A DNA stretch of 64,000 nucleotides from Kudoa neothunni (taxonomy: Eukaryota; Animalia; Cnidaria), in NCBI GenBank assembly GCA_964304625.1, contig OZ199839.1, positions 6,082,311-6,146,310 of the forward strand, read 5' to 3'. The position numbers and the translations under genes are program-made. Positions 14,334 to 28,289 of the stretch are shown piece by piece (the first letter of the stretch is position 1; each line of letters begins with the position of its first letter). The notes beneath the pieces are model-generated. The model saw nothing but the letters and a program-made list of their open reading frames with translations. It did not search any database and was not told where the DNA came from.

Positions 14334-14918
14334 ATGTGAAATGATGTATTTTAGGATTCAACATTGGTGTAACCCTCTAATTACGTCCGCCAAAACTTCC
14401 TACGGAAACCATAATTATTTAAATATTATATTCGATTTAATATATTTATCCTCTAACGAACTTAGGATCTGGGGGACACCAAAGTGATTCTCAGTTGATT
14501 GAAATATATTGCGTATTCTGCCGAAACCCTTGAAACTCACATTATTCCCTTTAATTTAAGATATTTTTAACTTAATTAACATAAGTCAATCAAGAATATT
14601 TAAGGGAAGAAATATAATTTTTAGCTCTAACTAGCTTGGGATCTTTTGATATTTGGTTTTAATTTTAAGATAGTTAATAAAACGAATATTTCAAAAATAC
14701 CGCGAAAATATTAAGAAATTTCTTCCTGCCGAATTCTGACGTATAATTAAAAAAATTTTCTGACCTGTGTACATTAAGATTTCACATGTCGAATGATATC
14801 CTACAAAATAAATCTAACCTCAAATCCCACTTTGAGTCTATCAAAATAATTTAAATTAATATTATAATGAATATAACTCTAATTAATTCAAATATGTATT
14901 AATTTAGTGAAATTTAAA

Positions 14919-17900
14919 TCATACAAAATTTGATTCAGGGTAATAATCCAACAAAAACCTCGTTTGTCCATTATACCATAAAGACATTCGGTATTCGCTT
15001 CCTGGTTCTGGTTTCAGAGCTTTAACATTTACATGATTCACCTTGACATCTTTAAGGTTCGATGCGACTTCAGTAAATGCATCATTTTTTTTAATGAACC
15101 ACTTGTTTTTCATGGATTTGTGATTTCTACCCAAAAATAAATGTTTATAATAAATGTATCCGTCTGAGTTTTGTATTTTAAAGTTGTGTGCGTTGTCAAC
15201 TAAATATGAACAAAATTTTAACTTTAATTTGCAAATGAATTTACATAATAAATTCATTGGGTTCTGTCCATCATAGTCCAGACTCATAATTATGTCGTTA
15301 TATTTTTGATTTCTATTGTAATATCCAGGAAAATCCATTCTACCGCAATTTCGTTTAAAACATTGGTGATTCATAACGCCTACTCTTTGGACAAGGTAGC
15401 CAGGCGTGTTTAATTCCGTATAATAACAACATTTAAAAGTATATATATCAGAATTTCGGTCAAATAATGCCAACGAGCGTTCGGTCCAATCATTTTCCCA
15501 TGTTAGCGACAACGGCGCTAAATTAAAGTAGTTATTTGTATAATTTACGAATTTAATAGTTACTTGAATGAATACTCAATTTTTCTTTCTCATTATTGGC
15601 TGTAAAAGTGACTTTTAAAGTCTGATAAATATACAAGTCAATGCTAAACTTGTTGCATGGTTGCGATTCACTAAAAATTATATCCAATCTATCCATAATT
15701 CATTAAAAATTCACCTTAACCCTTTATTCGATGACACTTCGATTTTGCATGACATGTTTGGGTTTTTCTGATATTTGTTACGAATATATATTTTATTTTT
15801 GTGGTAGCGTAATCCAACTATCATTTTATCTTTATCTATATAATCGAATGTTTTAATATCCAAATAATATTAAAAACTTTAATAAACTAAAAGTGGCGAA
15901 CAATTAAAATTAATCTCGTACTTAAATAATCATATATATTCATAGTAATTATAATTTCTATAGTTTATTACCTAATATATTTAATAATAAATATGATAAT
16001 TTATTGAAGTTTATTGTTATGAAATATTTTAATTTCTTACATATTGAGAACGATTTCTTGAACAACAAATTCATTCCGATGCGTACTGAAACAAGATTTT
16101 CCTCATATAAAGATGTTTTGACATTTAATGCGACGTTGCATTTTTGTACATACGCTAACTTTAATTTCGATTTTTCGTCAAATTTTTTATGCGACCTAAT
16201 ACTAATTTCACAGTATTCTTGTGTTTCAATCCTATTCACAGGTGAGATTTGATGGTTATTATCGGTCATTTTTATATTATAATCAACCTCGTAATTAGCT
16301 AAAATTAAAAGTTAAAATTGAAATAATATTTATTATTTCATACGTATATGTAGTAATTTGTTTAACTTTTGATTATTATTAAATATTATCTCCAAATAAA
16401 CTGTTTTTGCTGGCACAAACCCAACATCTAACGAATAGATTTCGTTTTTGAATGTGAATTTATTCAGACAATCATTTTTACAATCGTAGCATATGTATGA
16501 CGATTTCTTCGAGCCTCCATCCATTTGATACAATACTACACTATTAATCGATTCTTTTTCTATAGTTGATTGGATTCGGAGAACGAAATTGTTGTCAGAA
16601 GACTTCTGGATGTTGGCATTCAATGATTCATCATCTAATATTTTTATTAAAAATTTTAATGAATCTTGTAAATAAAATGAGTGATTCAACTACCGTATAG
16701 TAATTCAATGTAGAAAGTACTGTTAAAACCTGCCAATTGTATATAAAGTCCTAAGGCATCAGTTGAAAGAGGCGAAATGGAAGTATCGCATTTTAATGGT
16801 TGGACATCGGTAATCATATTATTCCAATTATTATATTCTATTTGTAATAATTCTCCGTCGTCAATAAATTTAGTGTAACAATATTCTTCAACAAATTCAC
16901 TTTTAATTTTGAAACTACTTTGATTTCTTTTTAGCTTAAAATTATATTGTTCGTAAAGATTTTTAACCGTATGCAAGTAATTCAATTGGGGAATATATAT
17001 GTGCAACGATAATGGCTTGACTACCGAAAGATCAATTACATAGTTGCTACATACTTTGTAACCATCATGCGACAACGGCCCATATGAGTCATAGGTTCCA
17101 GAATTGCGATAACCGTCCATAAATGTGTCAACTCTAACCAATGTATATAAACAACTCAATTGGTAATCTTCCGGTATATTGGACCAAACGGTCATTTTAT
17201 TATCTTCAAATGAATAATGAATTTTAATCAGTGACGGGTTCCATGGCAGATATTTTTCCCAATACGCGGTATTATGGGACAAAAATATTTTATATGATTT
17301 TAGTAGTTTTTTTTCAAAGATGATGATATTATCGGTAATATATCCAACACAGCCGGTTTTGATATCTTTTTTACATACATATCTCTTCTCCAAACTATCC
17401 CCAGATAGTTCATCTAACACATATTCCACGTCTTCAATAGATACATCACTGTTTAATATAATTTTGAACCGATCTAATTCATCATTCATTTTGAAAAATG
17501 GTGTTTCATTTTCTACATAATAAAATTATATATTGTGAGTAAAAAACTAGCTAATTATACTGAATTGTACTGAACGAATTATTCTTGTTTTGCTTTGGCT
17601 ATCAGTTAAGGCTAAATTCAAGAAACCTCCCTTTGGTTTTCCACATTTAAATTTTATTTTATTTTCGTCAGATTCTTTTTGGCATATGCTTTCCTCAGAA
17701 AACAACGAAACTCCTTCTGGATCAATATAATAATGCTCAATCACGTATAGATTGTTATGATCAATATTTAAACCAGTTAAATTAATTTCAAATTCGTCAT
17801 TGGGCTTTGTATTTAACATATATGGCATATCTCTGAAATTATTTTCTAAATAATTTTATTCATTTTATTTAAAATATAATTATTACTTCTAATAAAGAAG

Positions 17901-18592
17901 TCAATCGGATTAGCAACATCTTTAATTTGGAGGGTTAAATCGACACTAATGGCATTCGATGGGATTTGATACGATGGTTCATCACAATAATTATAAATTG
18001 ATTCGGATTTGGTTTCACTGCCAGATCCCGAATCAATTGATTTGATTAAAATGTAGCAAACATATTTTTTATGATTAAATATAGGACTTTGGAATATAAT
18101 TTTGGATTCTTCATTTATTGTATAATCAACAATATTATTTTCGGTATCTAAACATTTTCATTATAATTTCACTAAGGGAATATTAAATAATAGAATGTAC
18201 TTCTGTAAATTTTCAATGCTTCCTTTTGTTGGCATATATCTGATTTAACAAAAAATAAATAGGAACGTAAACGGTTAATGTCATAAATTGACATGCTACA
18301 AATGTTATCGATGTCACATTTTATTAAACTTTTCCTAGACAGTCGAACGGTAGACCCTTCATTTGAATCTACTAATTTCCAATCAATCTCTACATATTTT
18401 GTTGGTTCTAAAACTTTTAGCCAAACGTCCAACACATTCAAATTAGATTTATACGCATATTCAATATGACAATCCGAAGTGTGTGCTTCTACAAAAATGT
18501 TACGCCATTGTTTAAATAATTTTTAATTTAGAGATTAAATTACTTCCAATAATAAAATTCATAAAACTTATCACTAGGATAAGTACCATCAT
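14919..18592 (-). CDS. Modular secreted-protein family gene D, ~1,000+ aa, near-intact
   Basis: Signal exon MMVLILVISFMNFIIG (ATG 18592, TATA-like near 18650) followed by about nine exons joined mainly by phase-1 introns, including a 29-nt intron near 16660-16690. One apparent 1-nt shift near 15870. Ends ..LLDYYPESNFV* with no TM segment. Confidence 0.75.
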
Positions 18593-20595
18593 TATTTTAC
18601 TTTGTAATAACGAAAGTATTAATAAAATAATATTCCAATTCTATGCTATTTAAACGATTGACGAATAATTTTATATTAAATACGAAAGTTTAATACATGT
18701 TATTAATAATAACCGATTGTAATCGATAATATTGTTAAATCATATATATTTAAATAAGTGCGATCTGAAAACCTCTGAAATCTTTATTAGCAATTAGTAT
18801 TGAGAATGTGTATTGTGTCTTATAATCAATTTTTGAATAATAATGAGAGTATATCGTGTATTTTGTTTCATTAATTCAATAAGGCACTAAATCAATGCAT
18901 ATCAACGGGTGGTGTAAGCTCTACTGACAGAGACCTTATTTTATTGGGATGTAGAAATATTTAAAGGTAAACACGGGAAGTGCTGATAGGATGCAGATTA
19001 CTGAAAACAGATAAAAACTTTTACAACAATTATTTTAAAATGTTGCTCTAATCTCACCTTGAATGATTTTGTAGTAGTTTTAATTTTATTTTTATTAAAA
19101 ATTATATCAATTATGTCTCGATTCACTCTCTTTTTATTCTCAATTTGGAATTAACAATATAACCTTTAACATTTTATAACAAGGTTGTCCTAAATTTTTC
19201 AATATGTAAAAAAATATTTTTATTGGCGCTTAATGGTATTGATATTATATTGTAGAAAATTCCATCTTTTATAACGTAATTGGAGAAATTAATCTCTTTT
19301 AATGCAATAATAAATAGATAAAATTGTATTTTACATAAACAAATATTTCCCTACAATACAATAGGTTATCACTAGATCGCAATCCTTTTAGGACTTGAAT
19401 AATTTACGAACTCGACATCACACACTTCAAATTCGTAATTTTAATGGATGCGTGCGAAATAAATCAAAGTTTAAACCATATTTTCTAAGGTTTATTAAAG
19501 GAATAATCTGTTGTTGTTGCTAATATCATTTTCATTTTTTATTACTTAATAGACTTATAATACTAAAGTTGAATTTTCGATAGTTCTACAAGAATCCACA
19601 ATTTATTAACTTAATTACACGAATCGGATTTTACTTTTCTACATATAAAACAAATGAAACATTATAAAATATTCAATGCAATTAAAATAAATATTTCTTA
19701 ATATTTACGTATAAAATATTGGTAATGGGGGAATATCCAGTTTCAAATATTCGGTATCTTCCCGTTCTCCCGCATCCCCGATTTTCTATAATACAATTTA
19801 ACACATTATTAAAATATTAAGTGCTCATAAATCAGACAAATTTTTATTCTAAAGAGTTGCAAAAAATCGCACTTCGGCACAATCGACATGGCGCTGCTTA
19901 CCGCGCATACCTATTCATTACCTTTTTCAGCCTAATTTGCCATAAATAATTAATGCAATTTGTATTTTTAAGATTTATAATATTATAAAATATGTTCTTG
20001 TGAATTATTAATTAAATTGATCTCACAGAATACACTCCAGTTGTTTATTATGCATTTTTAACTTTAAATTTTCATTAATTACGTTATTAACTACAAATAA
20101 TTACCTAATAAATTATTTTTTAGTTTATATATTTTTTTGATGTAGTAATTCTGAATATATAATGGTATACCTAAAGAATCACATTAAACAATTTAAAACA
20201 TTATTATATTCCCCAAAAATATAATTGTTAATTTGTTAAAGATTCATAATTAGGTTAACACTTAGTTTAAAATAGATTATTTAACATTTATTCAAACAAA
20301 TATACTGACCTTGTTTGAGGAACGATCGGTGATAATTGTACCTTAATAAAGTTATTGTAAAAAATTACGATTATCATTTCTGAGAAACGATTATAAGATT
20401 CAATTTTAATTTATATTTCTACAATAATATCATCCTAATTTAAATTGAATCTAAAAATTATTTTTTCATAAATAGAACCTAAGCGGTATGTCATAAAGAT
20501 ATTTTCTAAATTATTAACATTCAGTAAAAATATGCAAGAAATTTCAAATATATATATTTGCAACTAGAATTTTAATTTGATAATTAATACTATTA

Positions 20596-21950
20596 TGGTA
20601 AAATCTTATGTTTGTATTATTTGTTGCGACAAATAACATTGTATAAATGATTAAGGGAATTAAAACACAAATATTTTGTTTCACTAACTATTTATTAATT
20701 GGAAATAGTAGCGATTGCTCTTAAAAAATATCCGAAGAAAACCAATATCCTTCATTTATGGAACGCAACCAGGATTCGTATAGGTAGGTATCTAGCCGAT
20801 TCCTAGACACACCGCTCATTTTCCGAATAATTTTTATTATCAGGTGATGCCAAACAACCTCGAACGTTTTAGTATGGTAAACCTCGGGAGTGACATACTC
20901 TTCAGAGTGATTAACGGTTATATTATAATAACTGTAAATTCGGAGAGAATTGTACCCTAAGCACTCGCTTGTATATATTGTAGTCACGTTTTCAATTCCC
21001 TGTAAGACAAGCTGAGTCAACGTTGGTTTATATTTTTTTCGGCCAAAAAAAAACATGGATTCTAACTATTTGCGTTTGACATCGTCGTCGGAGCATTCGT
21101 AAATGTCAAGAATCCAAGGAACGTTCACTCGGTAGCCATACATTTCAGTCATCCGTTGACGCCTCAAAGGAGTCGTTCCACGGAATAACCTACATCTTAA
21201 GAAATAGTTTGGAGTGGCTAATCATCCGTACATGCTCAAAAATCTTCCAACATTGTTCTTACAGCGATCTCTTAATAAACATTCGTCAATGTCAAAGATT
21301 CGATTTACATCACCCATTTTCTCGCGTCGTTGGAACATTTTATAACAAATATTCCTCAACGTTGAATACCAAATTGTAATGGTTTTCGGATATTTGAGTT
21401 AATGCTTCCACCCTGCATCTTTGTTTATCAATACACCAAAGGTAAATTAACTCAAATAGCCGAGACACTGCTATTTTTGATACGTTTGACCTGATCGTGT
21501 TATTTATACCAAAGAAGAAAGAGGTCCTAGGGGAAAATGAATTCTACAATCACTCCTATAATTAATATTTTTAAAGGTATACATAAAATAAATGTACTTT
21601 AAAAAAATATATGAATACCTCTCAATCTCATCATTATCATCACATAAATCGGTCGATGATTTGATTCCCTTTTTTTGTACCTTGTAGGCGTAATGTGTTA
21701 TACCTGTGACAATTCTTGCATCGATTACGTATATTTTGTAAGAATCCCTTATCCGCTAGGTAAATGAATAGAGCATTCACATTAAACAAAAGTTTATAAA
21801 ATTGACGTTGAGTTGAAAATTCCGCCATAAACATATATTTTGTTAATTGTTTTAAATTACAAATACGTATAAATTTTTAGATTTTATGCTCCTGTATTGG
21901 CCAATATTTTGGATTTTTTATCATTATTAGCGGCGTTACATAGTTTTATC
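20596..21950 (-). mobile_element. Degenerate Merlin (IS1016/IS1595-like) DNA transposon
   Basis: N-terminal CxxC (RCKNCHR), DIDECLL..KNNVGR near 21285, and TIYTSECLGYNSL..TVNHSEEYVTPEVYHTKTFEVVW, matching the DDE_Tnp_IS1595 pattern. Imperfect TIRs GGTAAAATCTTATGT / ACATAGTTTTATC. Confidence 0.8.
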
Positions 21951-23375
21951 ATGGCCATGAACCATTTTGGAATTATTACGAAGAGACTTTTGTGTTTGAA
22001 GTCTGTATGCTTGAATAAAAAAAAATTCTCTGATGCTGGTGATATCAAATGCTAAGTTATCATTACAAATGTTTGTAATCAATTGTCAAAAAATCCAAGT
22101 TTTAGGTATTACCTAAAAAAATTAAAATTTAACTAAATATTATCTATTTGACTAATTTTTCTTAATTTTAATGAATGAATCGTCGCACATAAAATTAAAA
22201 CCTCATCTAGGTATAGTTGTTATGTGAAATCCAAAAGTCGAACGACAGACTGTAATAGAATGGTTTGAAATTAAAGGAATTGAATAGGCCCAAAAACAAA
22301 GTTTGTTTGCCTAAATTATTATCAATCGCCTTATTGGCCATTGTTTATCCGAAAATAAATTTTAATTCTATCGGAAAATATTTTACATCTTTACTTCCTC
22401 TAGCTCTGAATAACGCTTCTCCGGAAATATCATTTTCTCATCTGGAATTATCGAAAAAATCAGATGAAAAAGAATTTTGTGCTCTACATTAGATAATCAT
22501 GTTTTAATGAGAAATTTTTTCAACATATTGACAAAATAATATCATAAATTTGAAGTTTTTGAGTAAATTATAAATTAACGTAATATTTATACATATAATT
22601 AAATATTACATCCGTTTTTACAAAAAAATCTGATTTGTCCGGAAAAAAATTTTGTCGGATGTCCGATTTGGATTGGCAGCGCTGGGTCCCCATTAACAAA
22701 ATATTAAATTTATTAAATTGGAATCGCGTGATCAATACAATGATGTCGTATCATATGGCATCATTTGATATAATTCGAATTGAATAGGTTCAAATAATAA
22801 CAAAAGTGACTAAAAGATTCATTTTTTAAGTGTTTTAATATTTAATAGAGAATAACTAAAAATAAAATATTAACTATTTTATTTTCAGTATTAAATTTTC
22901 ACCCAAATTAATAAACTTAAAAAAATTGAACAATATTATAGTTTTTTTATTTTGAATTCTAGAATTAATTATTTATTAAAAACAAGAATTAATGAATAAA
23001 TTAACATTGTTCAAAAATGAAAGAAAAATATATTAGAGCTTGAAAATGATAAATGGTTTGATAAACGAAGAATTGGATAATTTCGAATTTTTACTTAACT
23101 TAATAGAGATTAATCAGAAATAAATCTGTCTTCTTTCCTATGGGGGATTCGTTTAAAATACTGAAGATGTTTTTTCTCAAATTAAAATTTTGTAATTGAT
23201 CTTTCAACAATAGAAATCGCCAGGGAAAATCAGCAATAAAGGATGAGAAAATCAATGTATTCACTTTTACATATTTGATCAATAACTTTTGATTTTTGAA
23301 AACAAAAGAAATATCAATTTATATGAATAACACATTATCAATTATGAATATAGGTAAAATAATAGATGGAGTAGT

Positions 23376-26300
23376 TCAATTTAAGGAAAAACTAAATATT
23401 TTGCTGGATTTGTAGAAATTATCGATAATTTCAGGGTTTTTTTTCTTTTGTTTCTGGTGGAAACAAAGCCACAAACACAGCTGCAGCAATACAACATCCC
23501 GCATAGAACCAATAGCCCCCAGAAACTCCAAGTTTATTGCAAAGACCTTCATGGAAGATCGAAACAACAAACGAAAATATCCAGTTAGTTAGAGATGCCA
23601 ATGCAAGTATGGCGCCGATGGTTTTGCTAGTGGATATTTCGATAGATATGACCCATGGAACAAAGTTCCATGTGAGCATATAGAATACGAAATACAAAAT
23701 CAAGCAAACCTTTGGTAACCATGATATATACTGTTGATTACTAGTGTTCTCGCTATCGAAAAAGGTCAATATAAAACAGAGTCATCTCATAACATCTACT
23801 TATAAAAGAATCCTAGAGCAATAAGTGGTACAGCTAGTAACAGGCCACCACAAAATCCAATTATTTTTCTACTTCCATATTTTCCCACTGGCACACTTAA
23901 GAATGTAGTCGGAAATATTGCCACCGCAACTATAACCACACTCAGGCCACTGAGACGATACGATTCACATATAGGACATCTGATTTTCGCATTATTGTCG
24001 GATCCTATAAACCAGCATTAATTCTGAACTATTTAGGAATTCTATCAATAAGTTACACATACTTGGATTTCCGCTTTTTAGAATGTCATTAAGATTGAAC
24101 ATAATTGCGTAGATTCCTATGAGATTAGCTAATATTTGTAGAAAAAAGGTGAGTAGAATTCGTTTGATATTTTCCAGCTTGCCTAACTGTCTGAAGGTAT
24201 CTTTTAAAGCTAAGCAAATAGAATACAATATTAATATTAATTTAATAAATTATAACATAGAAAAATAGATATTAGATGTGCATACTCATTTTGTCAGTGA
24301 TTTTTTCCTCATCATAGAATTTCAGACCAAAACTTGAATTACGGTAGACTCGTCTTGCAAACCTCCTCATTTTAATTTCAAGCACATCCTTGTTAAAACT
24401 CTTAAACTGTTTCCAAACAGGACTTTCAGGCACAATAAATCCGATCAAAAATTGATAGCCAGCCAATATTAGCCCAACCAAATGATTCCACAGAATAACA
24501 TTTGCAAAAACATATCCTTTAGTATTGTTAGAGTTGGCTAAACACATTCAGTACTCATGAAAAGAGAGCAGCGTCTATATATTTTACTCTAGGAGAATAA
24601 GTCTTTTTTAAACTATAACAAATTAACTTGTTTATAATAAATTAAATAGAATTTATTGCATCAATTATATGATTGAAATTACTTGTTGCATTCTAATAAT
24701 ATTTAGAAAGAAATATTCGAGGTAAATTTATGTAATAGTAATTTTATTGGTACATGTTTAGATGGGAATTATAACCGAATAAAATAAGAAATATTTAATT
24801 ATTAGCAAAAGAAAATTTAAAAAAATTATATTTTTTATTAATAGATTTGGTATAAATGCGAATTGTGGTTTAATTTTGTATAAAAATCGAGTTAAAATCT
24901 CTCCTTCACACAGGATCGCACATATTCTTCTTTGAAAAAATCTATTAATCAATTTAAAAGAATAAACCTAAAGTTTTTTTAAATTTCACTCTTCTAAATA
25001 TTATGCTAAGTGGAATTAAAATTAATTTTCGCATAAAAAAAATAATTTAATCTATATGGCTTGGTGGAAACTAACGACAATTAAATTTCTATCGTTAGGA
25101 TAAGGCAAAAATTGAACTGAAATAACGATTATCATACTTGTAATGAAGGGGTCGCGGTGGTGGTTCGAACTCACGAACCGTACCGTCCCGCTGCTGATCC
25201 CGCGGATGTTAGTACGTTAGCTTCGGTTACATCCCTAATGCAATCAACGATTATGTTGTATTATTCCAGGCACATCCAAAAGAGTTAAAAGTCCTCATGT
25301 CGTCAGATATGCGACGAAATCTTTCCCTCTTGATGTCTAACAACTCTAAACTGCTCTCCTTTCACTAGCATATCGGCGGCGACCTTCTTTGGCAGATTTC
25401 AGCCATACTTTCGGACTTTCTCTTGATGTTCAAATGAATCTCACGGACCAATATTATACTGGTAGTTGAGAACTAATCCCTGCGTAACGTAACGCTCTCT
25501 CTGAGTCGACAACCTCAATTTTTGGATGAGTTTGGGATCATTTTTGACCTTAGGATGAAAATAATAGTCTTACGAATATATTTCTTCATCAAAAACGGCA
25601 AACACTAAAATCTTTAAATTATAATTATCTTATTGTGAATTTGGTTGCAATTTTCACATATTATTGATAAATGGGGCTTACAGAAACTTTTCGTTCAATT
25701 TTAGTAATAAGTTGAACGTTTGCTGTTATGCTTTCTAGGATAGATGGGAGGCATCTTTACCAGTAATTCAATTCTCCTTTTTTGCATAATTTGATCTGGT
25801 TAGTTACGTTGTCAATTTCATATTCCATATGGAATTTCTTCACAAAAACAATGTTATATTTTCTTTTTGTTCAAAGATGAAAAAGTATATCTCTTAGCGG
25901 ACAGGATTATGATGAAGATATTAATTTGATCACACAGTTTTGAGAAGAAATTATTTTAAAAGAATTTAATATTAATATAAACTGAATTAAAATCAAATAA
26001 AAATATAAATTTAATTTTTTGAGTACTGAACAGGTTGGATGGAAAATAAGAAAAATAACTTTGGGCCAGGTATACATTAATGAATACATTTCAATCTAAA
26101 CTTTATTAAATGCAGGCATCTGTTATCAATTTTTCGTTTTCCATAATACGCAATAATAAAAATTAAACGTATTGTGGAATTTAAAACAGGTTTTATTGGT
26201 TTAACATATATTTTTGTATGTATAATAGATGGAGATAAAAAATATTTCGAATTTGTTATTTCATAGGCAAATTGAAAAATTGAACGACTCGTTATTAATG

Positions 26301-28251
26301 GATTATTGCATAGATTATTAAATTAGATAATTTATAGTAACGTAATTTTCTTTGCTTAAACTAGGACTGATCTGTTTATAATTAGTGTCATTCCAAAAAA
26401 TATAAATAAGAGAGAATCATTTTACAATTTTTTTTTAATTTTTTTGGCTTTCATAGCTTGTGTAACGATGCATTTTCCAGTTAGTTCACATACTTCATTT
26501 CTCTAAACATTAAAATATTGTTGGCCAATTGTATTTATTATTCGTATTTCTAATTGAAAATTTAACTAAACAATTATTAAACTTGAGTATAAAAAATATG
26601 ACAGTCTAAATCTTACGGATGAATTAATATTTATCTCGATTATAAAGTATCTTAGAGAAAAACTAATACCTTAATCAGTCATAAATAGATAAATTCTACG
26701 TAAATTTATAATTGTTCCCCGATAGTCGAGTGATAAATCATGGGGTAGGATTAAGGCCAGGCCCGCAGAAATATTATGCCCATCCCTGATCTAGATCCTT
26801 CTACAAAATCTTAGGAAGGTCTAAACGTTAGCAAGAGTTTTACATCAAAAATAAAATTTAAATTTATTTATTATGTTGAATTGTCAATGCTTTAATATAA
26901 TTATTTATTCCTGGGTCAAAAATGACTCCAAACTCATCAAAACGTGAATATAGGTCAAAACGTGAATAAAAACAAAATGAGTTCTAATATAAGAACAGCA
27001 TTATGCAAAAAAAAATAACATATATATATATAAGTGAATTTACAATTATAAATTAGATTTTTATTGTTGCTAATCAATATAGCTATTAAGAAGTGAAATT
27101 TTCTCCTAGGTCACCTTTGATCCCAAATTCAGTATAGGTGTGTGAAAGTTCACACAAAGTACGCCGATAAAGACACCAAGTCAATAGTAATACTCTTATA
27201 CCCGTACGCGCACTTCATAATTCTTAACACTCCACACCACTTCCACTGAAGAATAGTAATAGTTTCAATAGGAGGGGGACATTCTCTGTCTTTGTGATCG
27301 ACTTAAATCATTATCATCATCATTGCGTGCATCAATGGCATCCAAAGTGTGATTCGAGTTTCCATTTGGAGCGCTATAACTATTTCCATTATCATTAGGC
27401 GAGGTTGAATTAATATCATCAGCTATAGGGGACATCCACCGGAAAAGGGATTGGAGACATATCATAATTTTTTTGATGGATAATTGCTTTTAAGGGGGTA
27501 GTTACTTGTAGGAGAATCTCTTGAACGATTAGGTTTCAAATTGTTCATATGAACCACATTAGCATTAATGTCCGATGTTGATCAAATAATTAGTCGGACA
27601 TAATTTCTTTAATATTTTACATAATCCACTTCACATTGATTCCAATTTAGAGTGTATATTTTGTAGCTTAAGTCATGCAAAATTACCAACTTTAATGTTT
27701 TCAATCTTCTATTTATATTATCGAAATCACAACATAACTGAGAGTCGTAAATATGAATTCGAGACAGTGACATGTTTCCGAAATTTCTCATCGGCATTTT
27801 TAAGGAGGTATGTTTCACCAAAAAAATCGGGGACCTCAGATGATCTAGGTTCTCTTTCTTGAGTCAACCATAACGGACTATAAACGGTTTTGTTGTGAAT
27901 AGCACTTCTATAATTAATAATAATATTAATATTAAAAATAAAAGCGGCAGTACTTCGTCCCATTGAGCACCTTGATTAATAGATTTTGCAATAGGTTTCT
28001 TCAATGTTCCATTCACTCTTTCGACAATACCGTTGTCATCTCGATGTTCACCACTTGTTGTTATCTTTATACCCAATATATTATCAATTTCTCGTATTAA
28101 ACTTTTATTGAAATTAGTTCCCTTGTAGAAACGAACATGTAATGGAACGCCGAATCTAGAAATAACTTCATTCACCACACATTCGGCGAGTATCTCAGTG
28201 TCGGTACAACATAATGGAAGGGCTTCGACCCCTTTAGTAAATGTGTCTCAT

Positions 28252-28289
<38 letters not shown>

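Noticed and set aside
16333-17489. Overlapping stop/start ORFs (16686/16689, also 6231/6304) resembling an operon or translational coupling
   Set aside because: Short GT-AG introns join the pieces in frame; they are exons of single genes.
25150-25235. Possible tRNA gene
   Set aside because: Only a T-arm-like motif; no convincing acceptor stem or D arm.
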